Source: an uncultured Eubacterium sp. (GTDB taxonomy: Bacteria; Bacillota; Clostridia; Lachnospirales; Lachnospiraceae). From it: a stretch of 64,000 nt of DNA. Below, piece by piece: positions 26,391-36,186 of this stretch; the first letter of the stretch is position 1, and each line of letters opens with the position of its first letter. Both the position numbers and the translations under genes were made by a program. The notes under the pieces are model-generated. The model saw only the letters and a list, made by a program, of their open reading frames with translations, searched no databases and was not told the origin of the DNA. Where the stretch lies: NCBI GenBank assembly GCA_910584875.1, contig CAJUDA010000018.1:921-64920 (forward strand), written 5' to 3'.

Positions 26391-27199
26391 TAAGCGTCAC
26401 CACCTTGTTTTGCGTCACCGCCGCCCAGCACCTCGTCACGGATTGCCGGAGCAAGGAACGATTTCAGCTTTTCCTCTATTACACGGGGGTTCTCACCTGC
26501 CTGGATCGAGAGGATCCCCTCGCAGATCACTTCTTTATTCATGATCTCTTTGGCATTTTTGGCACGGAGCTTCGTAGAAACCGGAATACAAATCCAGTTT
26601 GCGATCAGCGAACCGTACAATGTCGTGATCAACGCTACCGCCATGTTCGGTCCGATGGAACTCGGGTCATCCAGAAGCTTAAGCATGTTGATCAGTCCGA
26701 TCAGGGTACCGATCATACCCCAGGCAGGACCCATGGCTGCCAGTGCATCCCAGAAATTACAGATCTTGTTGTGGCGCCGCTCAATGCAGTCAAGCTCTGT
26801 CTCCAGTATACTGGACACCAGCTCCTGGTCCGTACCATCCACGATAAGCATGATCCCTTTCTTGAGGAAGTCATCATCGATATCCTCTGCCGCCTCTTCC
26901 AGCTGCAAAAGACCTTCCTTTCTGGCTACATTTGCCAGATCAATGATTTTATGTATCACATCCCCCTCATTGCTCTCCGAGATCTTGATGGTGAGCATAA
27001 AGGATTTCAGCTTATTCACAAAATCACCGATATTCTCCGACATCGTCATCATACACATCAGACATCCCACGATAACGATCAGGAAAGAAGAAAAGTCCCA
27101 GAAGTTCCCCAGTGCGGCAAAGCCCTGGTCGCCAGACACGATACCATACACAACGGCCCCCGCACAGCCTATAATACCTATAATTGTTGCTATGTCCAC
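26390..27199 (-). CDS. motA: Stator A subunit (MotA/PomA-like)
   Basis: ARKEGLLQLE, PAWGMIGTLIGL, MAVALITTLYG, GENP. Confidence 0.95.
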   Translation of the reverse strand: MDIATIIGIIGCAGAVVYGIVSGDQGFAALGNFWDFSSFLIVIVGCLMCMMTMSENIGDFVNKLKSFMLTIKISESNEGDVIHKIIDLANVARKEGLLQLEEAAEDIDDDFLKKGIMLIVDGTDQELVSSILETELDCIERRHNKICNFWDALAAMGPAWGMIGTLIGLINMLKLLDDPSSIGPNMAVALITTLYGSLIANWICIPVSTKLRAKNAKEIMNKEVICEGILSIQAGENPRVIEEKLKSFLAPAIRDEVLGGGDAKQGGDA

Positions 27200-27211
27200 A
27201 ATTACACCACC

Positions 27212-27400
27212 TTATAGATTACAATATATTTCTTTCTTAAACAATTTTACTAAATTTTTTACGTCTTGTCTACTTTCTTTTACAATTATTTTTTTCCCCG
27301 TAGTCAAAGTGATAACTGTATCCGGCATTTCCTCGACTGTTTCGATCAGATCGTTGTTAATCGTCAGTGTAGTGCCGTTCATTCTTGTCACATCTATCAT
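27212..27400 (-). CDS. flbD: FlbD/SwrD-family flagellar protein
   Basis: MIDVTRMNG..NNDLIETVEEMPDTVITL. Confidence 0.9.
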   Translation of the reverse strand: MIDVTRMNGTTLTINNDLIETVEEMPDTVITLTTGKKIIVKESRQDVKNLVKLFKKEIYCNL

Positions 27401-27489
27401 TTACTCTCTTTTTTTCTCCTCTCCTCTTTTTACCATCTTTTTATATTCCACCTGGCACCGCCTGTCCGCACCAGTCCCCGGGCGATGCC

Positions 27490-27515
27490 GAAATGGGTGA
27501 CCAACGGTCACCCAT
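27490..27515 (-). terminator. Stem-loop after flgE (weak terminator or mRNA stabiliser)
   Basis: Perfect 10-bp stem ATGGGTGACC-AAC-GGTCACCCAT with only a short U run on the minus strand. Confidence 0.5.
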
Positions 27516-27557
27516 CTCTTTTCCCCGGTTTTTACTCTTATTTATCCTGTTATAGTA

Positions 27558-29078
27558 TTATCGTTTCAGGTTGATCAGCTCTTCCAGCATCGAATCCGAT
27601 GTCGTAATAACACGGGAATTCGCCTGGAAGCCACGCTGTGTTGTGATCATATTGGTAAACTCATTTGCCAGATCCACATCTGACATCTCCAGTGCCCCGA
27701 TGGCAAGCTTGCCCACCTCTGTGATATCCACGCCGACGCCGTCAAAATCACCGGAGTTCAGAGTAGCCGCATACAGGCTGTTTCCCATTGCCTCCAGACC
27801 GGATGGATTCGCAAACGTAGCTACAGCGATCTGTCCCAGCAGCTTTTTGTCTCCATTGCTGTACACGCCATATATCTTACCATCTGTCTGGATAGAAAAA
27901 CCGTCCAGCGTACCTGCCGCATTACCGGCGCCCTCGTTTCCGTTATTCGTATCCCCCCGCAGCGGTTTCACACTGGTCTTACCGTCACTGGCAAACATCG
28001 TCAGTTTAGAGAAATCAAGATCAATACCATTTTGTGTAAAACCTTTGGGGATCCCTTCATTGCCAATTTTAAGATTGAGGATACCCGGCTCCGCATCATC
28101 TGCGCCTGTGCCTCCACCAGCACCACCGCCGCCTCCAGCGCCGCCTCCACCGGCTCCGGCTTCCGAGACAGATTTAAATGCACCCGTATTGGCGTCAAAC
28201 TCCAGCTGCGGCCACTCATCCACATCAGTGATCGTCACCGCACCAGTATCCGGATCTACATCATAATTGTCCGGTCCGAGCTCCGCTCCGGCAAAATTGA
28301 TGGTAGGACCTGCTCCCACCTTCTCCCACTTGCCGTCGGCGTTCTTCTGGCGTAGGACAGACGTCCCATCCGGACCTGTCATATCAGAGATGGAGAGAGT
28401 ATAAATATTCGTATTTGCGTCGGATGTCTTTACCAGTTTCATCTTCACGGTATACATCTGACCAAGATTGTCATATACGGCTACATCGATCGGGTACCCT
28501 TCTGTATCTGCCTGCACATCATCGCTCGCATAATCCACATTACCAGACATGGTAATGTATGTGGTGGGGTTAGGACTGGAAGATTTGTTCTCTGGTCCCA
28601 TAAGATTCAGGGTATTTACTGTATCCTTACGGATATCACCGTTTTCATCCACGCGCCAGCCAAGGACAGATGCCCCGTTAGTCGTACAATACAGAGTACC
28701 GTTGGCATCAATATCCAGTGCTCCTGATTTGGTGAAGTACGTATTGCCATTGCTTCTCACGATCAGGAAGGCATCCCCGTTGATCATAACATCCATACCG
28801 CGGTCGGTACGCTGGGTAACACCTGTACCGCTCAGATCCACAGCGATCGATGCCACATTGGATCCAAGACCGATCTGCATGGCATTGGTACCGGCTGCCC
28901 CGGTATTAGTATTGGGACCAGATGCATTCTGCGTGGTCTGATAAAATACATCCGTAAAGTTAACCGAACCTCCACGGAACCCAACCGTATTTACATTAGA
29001 AATATTATTACCAATTACGTCCATCTTTGTCTGATGAACTCTCAGTCCGGAAACACCGGACCACAATGATCTCATCAT
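27558..29078 (-). CDS. flgE: Flagellar hook protein FlgE
   Basis: MMRSLWSGVSGL, GNNISNVNT, LEMSDVDLANEFTNMI..QRGFQAN. Confidence 0.95.
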   Translation of the reverse strand: MMRSLWSGVSGLRVHQTKMDVIGNNISNVNTVGFRGGSVNFTDVFYQTTQNASGPNTNTGAAGTNAMQIGLGSNVASIAVDLSGTGVTQRTDRGMDVMINGDAFLIVRSNGNTYFTKSGALDIDANGTLYCTTNGASVLGWRVDENGDIRKDTVNTLNLMGPENKSSSPNPTTYITMSGNVDYASDDVQADTEGYPIDVAVYDNLGQMYTVKMKLVKTSDANTNIYTLSISDMTGPDGTSVLRQKNADGKWEKVGAGPTINFAGAELGPDNYDVDPDTGAVTITDVDEWPQLEFDANTGAFKSVSEAGAGGGGAGGGGGAGGGTGADDAEPGILNLKIGNEGIPKGFTQNGIDLDFSKLTMFASDGKTSVKPLRGDTNNGNEGAGNAAGTLDGFSIQTDGKIYGVYSNGDKKLLGQIAVATFANPSGLEAMGNSLYAATLNSGDFDGVGVDITEVGKLAIGALEMSDVDLANEFTNMITTQRGFQANSRVITTSDSMLEELINLKR

Positions 29079-29168
29079 AATGAATCACCCTCCAAATTAT
29101 CTTTTCTACACCTTATCTGTCATTCAAAGGTGCCTATGCTTCCTGTAAAGGGCCAGCATATTTTGTTA

Positions 29169-29549
29169 TCAGTTAATGATCGCTCCATCGATATTCGTAA
29201 AAACTGCATGATCCACATCGTTTACAGCTGTGATCACAGTGTTGCTCTTTACATTTACGATAAATGCCAGATTGTCAACCATTACAAGAGATTCCTTCAT
29301 TCCCTTTTCCCTCGCCTGATCCGCCGCATCCGAAAGCCGCGTCTTCTGCTCCTCTGACATATCGATATTCCGTGTCTCTAAACGCTGTGTGGCATGTTTG
29401 GAAAATCTTACCCTGCCCGCTGTATCCGCCAGTATCTTGTGAAAGGATCCTGCCGTATCCGCTTCCCTGCTTCCCGCCGTGACAGGCGGACGAGATTGTA
29501 ACCGGTCCTGAATCTGCTCAATGGATGCATAATTTTGTTCTACATTCAT
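29169..29549 (-). CDS. Flagellar operon protein (TIGR02530-like)
   Basis: FSKHA..RL..RNI, NTVITA, VFTNIDGA. Confidence 0.88.
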   Translation of the reverse strand: MNVEQNYASIEQIQDRLQSRPPVTAGSREADTAGSFHKILADTAGRVRFSKHATQRLETRNIDMSEEQKTRLSDAADQAREKGMKESLVMVDNLAFIVNVKSNTVITAVNDVDHAVFTNIDGAIIN

Positions 29550-29568
29550 ATCGCCTCATCCTTTCCTG

Positions 29569-30333
29569 TTACGCTTTTTCTTTATCACCGTCGCCGGTAT
29601 TCCCATTCACTACCTTGATCGTGACCTTATCTGTCACTGAAGTAGCATATGGATCATTAAAGTGGAATTCCAGCTTATATCTGCCCGGTGTCAGTCCCTC
29701 AAACGCTTTCGGGGAGATTGAGAGCACGCCATCCTCAAAGGTCATATGTTCCTTATCAATCGCAGCGCCGTTCAGTGCAACTACTACACTGCTCGCCTCA
29801 TAGCCATTACTTCCCAGATTGATCTTAACATTTGTGATCGACGGATTTTTGAGATCGTATGTAATCTCCTGCTCTTCCACAGACGGCAGATATTCCTTGA
29901 TCGCATAAAAGGAATCCATAACCTGAACGAGATCGTCCATTGAATACAATTCTCCATTGATCGAAAGTTTGGCATCGCCATTCTGCATCTGCACAAAATC
30001 GACTGTTCCGCGTACCTCATTTACTTTCCCGGTGGAATCCTTCGTAGACACGATCACTTCCTTGCCCACCAGTCCATATGCTGATGTATTAGTCAGTGTC
30101 GCACTCATATTCGTCATCTGCTCCAGTGCAGAGAACTGTGCCAGCTGGGCGACGAATTCCTGATCCGACTGCGGATTCAGCGGATCCTGGTTCTGCAGCT
30201 GGGTCACCAGAAGCTGTAAAAACTCTTCTTTTCCCAAGTCACTGGATCCCCTGGTCTTTATCTCCCGTTCTGTCTTGAATCCGGCGAGATCCTCTATTCC
30301 TGTCACCAGATCCGTACTGTTTGTTTCTGCCAT
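29569..30333 (-). CDS. flgD: Hook capping protein FlgD with a C-terminal extension
   Basis: LGKEEFLQLLVTQLQNQDPL, QLAQFSALEQ. Confidence 0.93.
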   Translation of the reverse strand: MAETNSTDLVTGIEDLAGFKTEREIKTRGSSDLGKEEFLQLLVTQLQNQDPLNPQSDQEFVAQLAQFSALEQMTNMSATLTNTSAYGLVGKEVIVSTKDSTGKVNEVRGTVDFVQMQNGDAKLSINGELYSMDDLVQVMDSFYAIKEYLPSVEEQEITYDLKNPSITNVKINLGSNGYEASSVVVALNGAAIDKEHMTFEDGVLSISPKAFEGLTPGRYKLEFHFNDPYATSVTDKVTIKVVNGNTGDGDKEKA

Positions 30334-30347
30334 AATTTCCTCCTTTC

Positions 30348-31700
30348 CTATGCTGTATAATCTACTACACTATTGACATCTCTTCGCTCTGCCTGAACCA
30401 TCTGTACATCAGTTCCTTCGGCAGTGCTGTCTTCCGCTCCGGCGTCCAGACGGAATCTGCGACGTTTTGCCCCGTTTTTCTGATCCTGCTGGTCCTGACG
30501 TTCCTGATGGTCCAGTCCAAACTCGGATACCGTAACCTCTACAGCGTCTACCTTCAGTCCCTGTTCCTCAAAGGTCTCCTTCAGCGTGATCATCTGGCTC
30601 TCCAGTGCTTCCTTTGCCATCTGGTTTTCTACGATCAGCATCGCTTTTGTCGCACCTCCGGCAGCTGTTACCTGCAGACTGACCCTGCCAAGGCTTTCCG
30701 GGTGAAGCATAAGTTCCATGCTGGTCGTCTCCGGCATCATGCGGATCTTCACCTGGTTCACTACCTGGTCAACAATATGGGTCATAAGTGAACCTGCTGA
30801 CGGCGTCCTCTCACCTGCGGATGTCTCAAACGCCTCTGCCAGATGCTCTGTAAACAGATTTGCCGCCGACGCATTCCCTTCATTCTGAAGGGCCGGTTCT
30901 GCCTCCTGCCTTCCGGCAGATGTCTCTGTCTGGGCATCACTCCTGCCATTCTGCGCATTTTCCACAATCACTTCAAATCCCTGCTTTGGATGATCTGTCA
31001 CCATGTCTGCCATCTGTCCGGCATCCTGTTCTGTCTGCGTCCCGGGCTGTACCATATCATCCAGCTGTTCTGCCAGTGATATCAAAGCGGAAGGATCCGC
31101 CTTCGCCAGCTCTTCCTCCGGAATCTGCAGTGCCTCTGACAAAATCCCGGCAAAGCGCTCATTCAGTGCCGACAGCTCCTGTACCAGCTGGTCATTCGTA
31201 AGAAAAGCAGCCTTGTCTGTAATTCCGTGCACTTCCATTACCAGGTTCTGCAGCAGTTCTTTCATACCGTCTCCCTGAAAGGAAGCCAGCACTTCTCCCA
31301 GCGACATACCGCTCTGCTTCATGATGTCCTGCAGTGTGACCATATCCAGCCCCAGCACTTCTCTCAGCATACCAATCATCTGATAAGCGATCACTTCCGG
31401 ATCCGCCGTTTCTTCTGTCAGCTGCTGTTTTCCGTCTGTCTGCAACCCGCTATCCTGGGTATCGGAATGTTTAGCTGCTGCCGGTGATTCTTTTTTCAGT
31501 GGCAGCGCCTGATCCGGCTTCTCTGCGCTTTCGGAATCCAGTGCTTTGTCCGGCTTACTGTCCCTCTGTTGTGATACATCCGCCTTAGAAGCCCGGTCTG
31601 TCATAAGACTGTCAAATGTTGAATCACTTTTTCTGGCATTCCTGACTGTCATCTTTTCCGATGCTTTTGAGGTTACAAGGGATATTCCCTGTGTTGTCAT
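30348..31700 (-). CDS. fliK: Hook-length control protein FliK
   Basis: Low-complexity N-terminus; C-terminal LHPESLGRV..LESQ..LKE..QGL. Confidence 0.9.
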   Translation of the reverse strand: MTTQGISLVTSKASEKMTVRNARKSDSTFDSLMTDRASKADVSQQRDSKPDKALDSESAEKPDQALPLKKESPAAAKHSDTQDSGLQTDGKQQLTEETADPEVIAYQMIGMLREVLGLDMVTLQDIMKQSGMSLGEVLASFQGDGMKELLQNLVMEVHGITDKAAFLTNDQLVQELSALNERFAGILSEALQIPEEELAKADPSALISLAEQLDDMVQPGTQTEQDAGQMADMVTDHPKQGFEVIVENAQNGRSDAQTETSAGRQEAEPALQNEGNASAANLFTEHLAEAFETSAGERTPSAGSLMTHIVDQVVNQVKIRMMPETTSMELMLHPESLGRVSLQVTAAGGATKAMLIVENQMAKEALESQMITLKETFEEQGLKVDAVEVTVSEFGLDHQERQDQQDQKNGAKRRRFRLDAGAEDSTAEGTDVQMVQAERRDVNSVVDYTA

Positions 31701-31741
31701 CCTTTTTCCTCCTTTCCTCTTAAAAATCTCCTACGGAGTAT

Positions 31742-31768
31742 ATATCGACAGTTCCCCTCTTTTTCTTA
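31742..31768 (-). promoter_or_regulatory. sigma28-type promoter upstream of fliK
   Basis: TAAG-N15-GTCGATAT versus consensus TAAA-N15-GCCGATAA/T. Confidence 0.6.
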
Positions 31769-31784
31769 AGAAGAACTCTCTTAC

Positions 31785-32549
31785 CTATTTCTTCATCGAC
31801 GTCATCTTCGTCGTAACCTGTGCCGCCACAGTCGGCTCCATTGCCTGCAGGATCGCCGCACTTTTGGACGCCTGCATACTGTCCATGATACTTGCCACCA
31901 GCGTCAGGTCATTGGACATCTCGGACAGAATCGCCGCCGCACTCTCCGGCGTCATCTTGCCATAGGTCTCCGCCTGATCTTTGATCTCCTGGGTATACTC
32001 AAAATTCTTAACTACCTCACGGTAAATCGAAGCGGCATTATCCGGCTGGATCTCTTCATAATATGTTTTGTACTCTTCGGTATCCGGTGCCTTACTGTTA
32101 TAGACAACATTTTCATCAAATTTCTTTACCCTCTGGGCAAAAGCCGCCTGATTTTCCTCAAATTTTTTCAGACGTTTATTCTCTGCTTTCAGTTCTTCGA
32201 TCTCACTGCTGTTTGCACTGTCCGAGCTGCTTGTCGCGGCAAGCTGGCTCTCCAGCTGCCGGATCCTGGCATTTGCCTCCGTCAGATTGTCGTATTCTTT
32301 GGACGTTTTGGCATCATCGCCCTCAACCTCCGGCAGGATCCAGTTCAGTACCGGTACATCCTTCAGTACAGGATAGAGAACATCACTTCCGAAATTCCCT
32401 ACATTCAGCTTTACAAGTACGCCAAAGATCCCCAGCCATATCAGTATGATCACGAGCACGATCAGCACAGTTACGATCTTACTGCCTGCGCTTTCTTCCT
32501 CGTTCAGCTCCTGGTTTTCCCTGTCCTTATCTTTTTTTGCCATATTCAA
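31785..32549 (-). CDS. MotE/YlxF-like flagellar protein (MgtE N-terminal-like domain)
   Basis: TM segment, coiled coil, YGKMTPESAAAIL..AAILQAM; lies between fliJ and fliK. Confidence 0.8.
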   Translation of the reverse strand: MNMAKKDKDRENQELNEEESAGSKIVTVLIVLVIILIWLGIFGVLVKLNVGNFGSDVLYPVLKDVPVLNWILPEVEGDDAKTSKEYDNLTEANARIRQLESQLAATSSSDSANSSEIEELKAENKRLKKFEENQAAFAQRVKKFDENVVYNSKAPDTEEYKTYYEEIQPDNAASIYREVVKNFEYTQEIKDQAETYGKMTPESAAAILSEMSNDLTLVASIMDSMQASKSAAILQAMEPTVAAQVTTKMTSMKK

Positions 32550-32564
32550 CCATCCTTTCCTGTA

Positions 32565-33017
32565 TTACGCCTCACTGGCACCGACACCATAACGGTAGCT
32601 TACCAGCTCATCTACTTCTTTTTGTTCTTTTCTGTTTTCTTCCAGACAAAATTCTTCAAATGCCCTTTCTCTCAGTTTCTCATACGTCTTGCGCTCTTTC
32701 ATCGCCTCATTCAGACGCTGTCTGGCAATCTCCAGTTCCTTCTGGCACCGGATAACCACCAGCTCCTGCTGCCGGACATACATCCGGATGATCTCTACCG
32801 CATTTTCCCTTCTCCGGATCATGCGGACATTCAGTGCAGATGCCATCTCGGCACGAAGCTCCTCCTGTGCCTCCAACAGTCTGTCCTGTAATCTCTGCAG
32901 CTCCTCCTCTGCCTCCATAAGACGCAGATTTGCCTGACTGTAATTATTTTTTTCCTGCTCCTCCAGTTTTTCCTTCATCGTAAGCAGGTTCTGCATAGAA
33001 AAAATGAACTTTGCCAT
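32565..33017 (-). CDS. fliJ: Flagellar export chaperone FliJ
   Basis: MAKFIFSMQNLL, ERKTYEKLRE, EQKEVDE. Confidence 0.93.
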   Translation of the reverse strand: MAKFIFSMQNLLTMKEKLEEQEKNNYSQANLRLMEAEEELQRLQDRLLEAQEELRAEMASALNVRMIRRRENAVEIIRMYVRQQELVVIRCQKELEIARQRLNEAMKERKTYEKLRERAFEEFCLEENRKEQKEVDELVSYRYGVGASEA

Positions 33018-33030
33018 CTGTCGTCAGCCC

Positions 33031-34359
33031 CTATTCCATCTCCGGTTCTTCTTCAAAGATTCCTTTCATCTGCTCCACGATATCATCAAATAAAAATTTT
33101 TCACTCACTCCCTGCTGCAAAAAGGAGTTGATGGCATCGATCTTTTCAATGGCAAAATCAATCTTGCTGTTTGACCCTGCCTTGTAGGCTCCGATATTGA
33201 TCAGATCCTCCGCCTCCTGGTACGTTGCCAGTACATCCTTTATCTGACCGGCAACTGCTTTATGTTCCTCATCTGCCACAGCACTCATAACCCTGGAAAT
33301 GCTCTGCAGTACATCAATGGCAGGATAATGATTATGCTGTGCCATGCTTCGTGACAAAACAATATGTCCGTCCAGAATACCTCTCGCTGTATCCGAGATC
33401 GGTTCATTGAAATCATCGCCGTCTACCAGTACGGCATACAATCCGGTGATCGATCCTTTGTCCGTATTGCCTGCCCGCTCTAAAAGCTTGGGCATTTCTG
33501 AATACACACTGGGCGGATATCCCCTGGATACCGGCGGCTCGCCGGAAGCGAGACCGATCTCTCTCTGTGCCATGCAGAAACGGGTCAGATTATCCATCAT
33601 CAGAAGCACATCCTTGCCCTGATCCCGGAAATATTCTGCCAGTGCCGTCGCTGTCTTCGCCGCCTTGCTGCGGATCAGCGCCGGCTTATCCGAAGTTGCC
33701 ACAACAACCACGGAACGTTTCATTCCCTCCGGTCCCAGGTCCCGTTCGATAAATTCGCGGACCTCACGTCCCCGCTCTCCGATCAGGGCGATGACATTGA
33801 TGTCCGCCTTTGTATTCCGGGCAAACATCCCCATCAGGGTGCTCTTCCCTACCCCGCTGCCGGCAAAGATGCCAATCCGCTGCCCCTTCCCCACAGTGAT
33901 CAGTCCGTCTACCGCCTTTACCCCCAGCGGCAGGGCGTCCTCGATCATCTGTCTGGTCAGTGGATCCGGTGCCGCTGCCTCAACAGAATAAGACCTGCTT
34001 CCTCCTGACAGCTCCATATGGTCAATAGGCTCCCCGGTACCGCCCAGCGTCCGCCCCAGCAGATCATCCGATGCGGATACCTGCAGCGGAGATCCGGTAT
34101 TTCTCACCCAGCTCCCCAGACTCACGCCTTCTACATCATCATATGGCATCAAAAGAACCCTGTCATCACGGAAACCTACAACCTCCGCTTTGACAGGTTC
34201 TTCTCTTGTATCCGATTTAATCAGGCAGAGGTCATTCAGCTTAGCCTCCGGTCCGATGGATTCGATCGTCAGACCGACTACCTTCGCAACCTTGCCCAGC
34301 TGACAGACATAACTTCTCTCCGCCAGTTTCTCATATTTGTCAAAATTGATTGGAATCAT
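33031..34359 (-). CDS. fliI: Flagellar export ATPase FliI
   Basis: GQRIGIFAGSGVGKS, LIGERGREV, LDGHIVLSR. Confidence 0.97.
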   Translation of the reverse strand: MIPINFDKYEKLAERSYVCQLGKVAKVVGLTIESIGPEAKLNDLCLIKSDTREEPVKAEVVGFRDDRVLLMPYDDVEGVSLGSWVRNTGSPLQVSASDDLLGRTLGGTGEPIDHMELSGGSRSYSVEAAAPDPLTRQMIEDALPLGVKAVDGLITVGKGQRIGIFAGSGVGKSTLMGMFARNTKADINVIALIGERGREVREFIERDLGPEGMKRSVVVVATSDKPALIRSKAAKTATALAEYFRDQGKDVLLMMDNLTRFCMAQREIGLASGEPPVSRGYPPSVYSEMPKLLERAGNTDKGSITGLYAVLVDGDDFNEPISDTARGILDGHIVLSRSMAQHNHYPAIDVLQSISRVMSAVADEEHKAVAGQIKDVLATYQEAEDLINIGAYKAGSNSKIDFAIEKIDAINSFLQQGVSEKFLFDDIVEQMKGIFEEEPEME

Positions 34360-34397
34360 GATATCATTCCTTCAGCTATCATACTGTTTTCCGGCTA

Positions 34398-35177
34398 TCA
34401 GGCCAGCATATGAAGTGTGGTGATCAGATTACCAAGCTGTGTCCGGAACCCGCAATCCACCATCTGCGTATCTGTCTCGATGATACACTCATTTTTTTCA
34501 AGTCCCTTTTCCTCCCTGACATCAAGAGATATTCCGGACTCCATGTCCATCTGTATCTCATCCAGATGGTTTTCCACCAGTGTCAGATCCTCCGGTGATA
34601 CTCTGAGTGTATAATGACCGGACGGCTTCAGATCAGAGATGCTGCTACGGATCAGATGCAGCAGAACATCCTTTTTATCGTTTATCAGAACACCGGTCAG
34701 CTTCTTCACCAGATCGCACAAAACCCCGACATACTGTGTCTCCATCTCCGAGACCATCTGCCTGTGCTCCTGTTCCATGGAACGGCGTGACTCCTCCAGC
34801 TCTGCCCGGATCCTGCCAATCTCTTCCTCCGCCATGGCAAGACCTTCTTCACGTCCTGAATTCCTGCCCTCTTCCCGGGCAGTCTGGCGCACCAGCTCTG
34901 CGCCTTCTTCTGCCTCTTCCTGTATCCTGGCAGCCTGCTCCCTCGCCTCCGACAAAATCCATTCTGCCTGCTGCTTCGCCTCCTCTGCCAGTCTATCATT
35001 CTCTTCTTTATCAGGCTTTGGTGCTTCTTTCTGCTTTCCTTTGATCTCCTCTTCCCCAGCCAGAACCGTCCTGGTACTTTCTTTGAGAGGCACGAAAGCA
35101 TCTTTTTCTTCATAACTGATGACGACCGTTTCCTTCCCTTGCATATTGACAAAGGGGTATTTGATCAGATTAGACAA
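34398..35177 (-). CDS. fliH: Flagellar assembly protein FliH
   Basis: TTG start (LSNLIK) with a GGAGGT RBS overlapping the fliG end; GxxxG repeats; CIIETD. Confidence 0.88.
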   Translation of the reverse strand: MSNLIKYPFVNMQGKETVVISYEEKDAFVPLKESTRTVLAGEEEIKGKQKEAPKPDKEENDRLAEEAKQQAEWILSEAREQAARIQEEAEEGAELVRQTAREEGRNSGREEGLAMAEEEIGRIRAELEESRRSMEQEHRQMVSEMETQYVGVLCDLVKKLTGVLINDKKDVLLHLIRSSISDLKPSGHYTLRVSPEDLTLVENHLDEIQMDMESGISLDVREEKGLEKNECIIETDTQMVDCGFRTQLGNLITTLHMLA

Positions 35178-36186
35178 TGATCTCGTCACCTCCACCACGG
35201 GAAATAACAATCTCGGCAGAATCTTCCAGTCGGCGGATCACATTTACGATCTTCTGCTGTGCCTCTTCTACGTCTTTCAGGCGGACCGGACCCATATATT
35301 CCATATCCTCACGGATCATGTCAGCAAGACGTGTAGACATATTGTTGAAAATCGCCGTCTGCACATCCTCGTTTGCATTTTTGAGGGCGACGGCAAGCTC
35401 GCCGTTCTCCACCTCACGCAGCACGCGCTGGATCGAGCGGTCGTCCAGCATAAGAATATCCTCGAACACAAACATCTTTTTGCGGATCTCGTCGGCAAGT
35501 TCCGGTTCCTCGATCTCCAGATTTTCCATAATATGCTTCTCTGTTCCACGATCTACCGTATTCAGCACTTCGACAACAGAATCCACACCACCGACGATCG
35601 TGTAATCCTGGCTCACCAGAGAAGCCAGCTTCTGTTCCAGTATGTTTTCCACTTCCTTGATGACATCCGGCGACGTACGGTCCATGGTAGCGATACGTTT
35701 TGCCACATCCGTCTGCTTATCCGGTGTCAGGGAACTAATGATACCCGCCGCCTGCTGGGGTGACAGGTAAGAAAGGATCAGAGCGATCGTCTGTGGATGC
35801 TCATCCTGGATAAAGTTGAGGATCTGGGACGCCTCCGTCTTGCGGATAAACTCAAACGGACGCACCTGCAGTGATGCCGTCAGCTTGCCCAGGACTTCGT
35901 TTGCCTTATCTGGTCCCAGTGCCTTCTGCAAAAGATCTTTGGCATATCCAATACCGCCCTCTGCGATATACTGCTGTGCCAGACAGACCTCATAGAATTC
36001 ATCCATGACCTTCTCTTTCTGTGCCGGCGATACACTTCTCGTATTGGCGATCTCCAATGTCAGCTGTTCAATCTCATCTTCTTTCAGATGTTTAAAAATC
36101 TCGGACGCTTTTTCCGGTCCCAGCGTGATCAGAAGCGTAGCCGCCTTCTGAATCCCGTCCAGTTCTGATACATTACTGCCTGCCAT
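35170..36186 (-). CDS. fliG: Flagellar rotor protein FliG
   Basis: GGIGYAK, EHPQTIALIL, MFVFEDI, GPVRLKDVE. Confidence 0.97.
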   Translation of the reverse strand: MAGSNVSELDGIQKAATLLITLGPEKASEIFKHLKEDEIEQLTLEIANTRSVSPAQKEKVMDEFYEVCLAQQYIAEGGIGYAKDLLQKALGPDKANEVLGKLTASLQVRPFEFIRKTEASQILNFIQDEHPQTIALILSYLSPQQAAGIISSLTPDKQTDVAKRIATMDRTSPDVIKEVENILEQKLASLVSQDYTIVGGVDSVVEVLNTVDRGTEKHIMENLEIEEPELADEIRKKMFVFEDILMLDDRSIQRVLREVENGELAVALKNANEDVQTAIFNNMSTRLADMIREDMEYMGPVRLKDVEEAQQKIVNVIRRLEDSAEIVISRGGGDEIIV

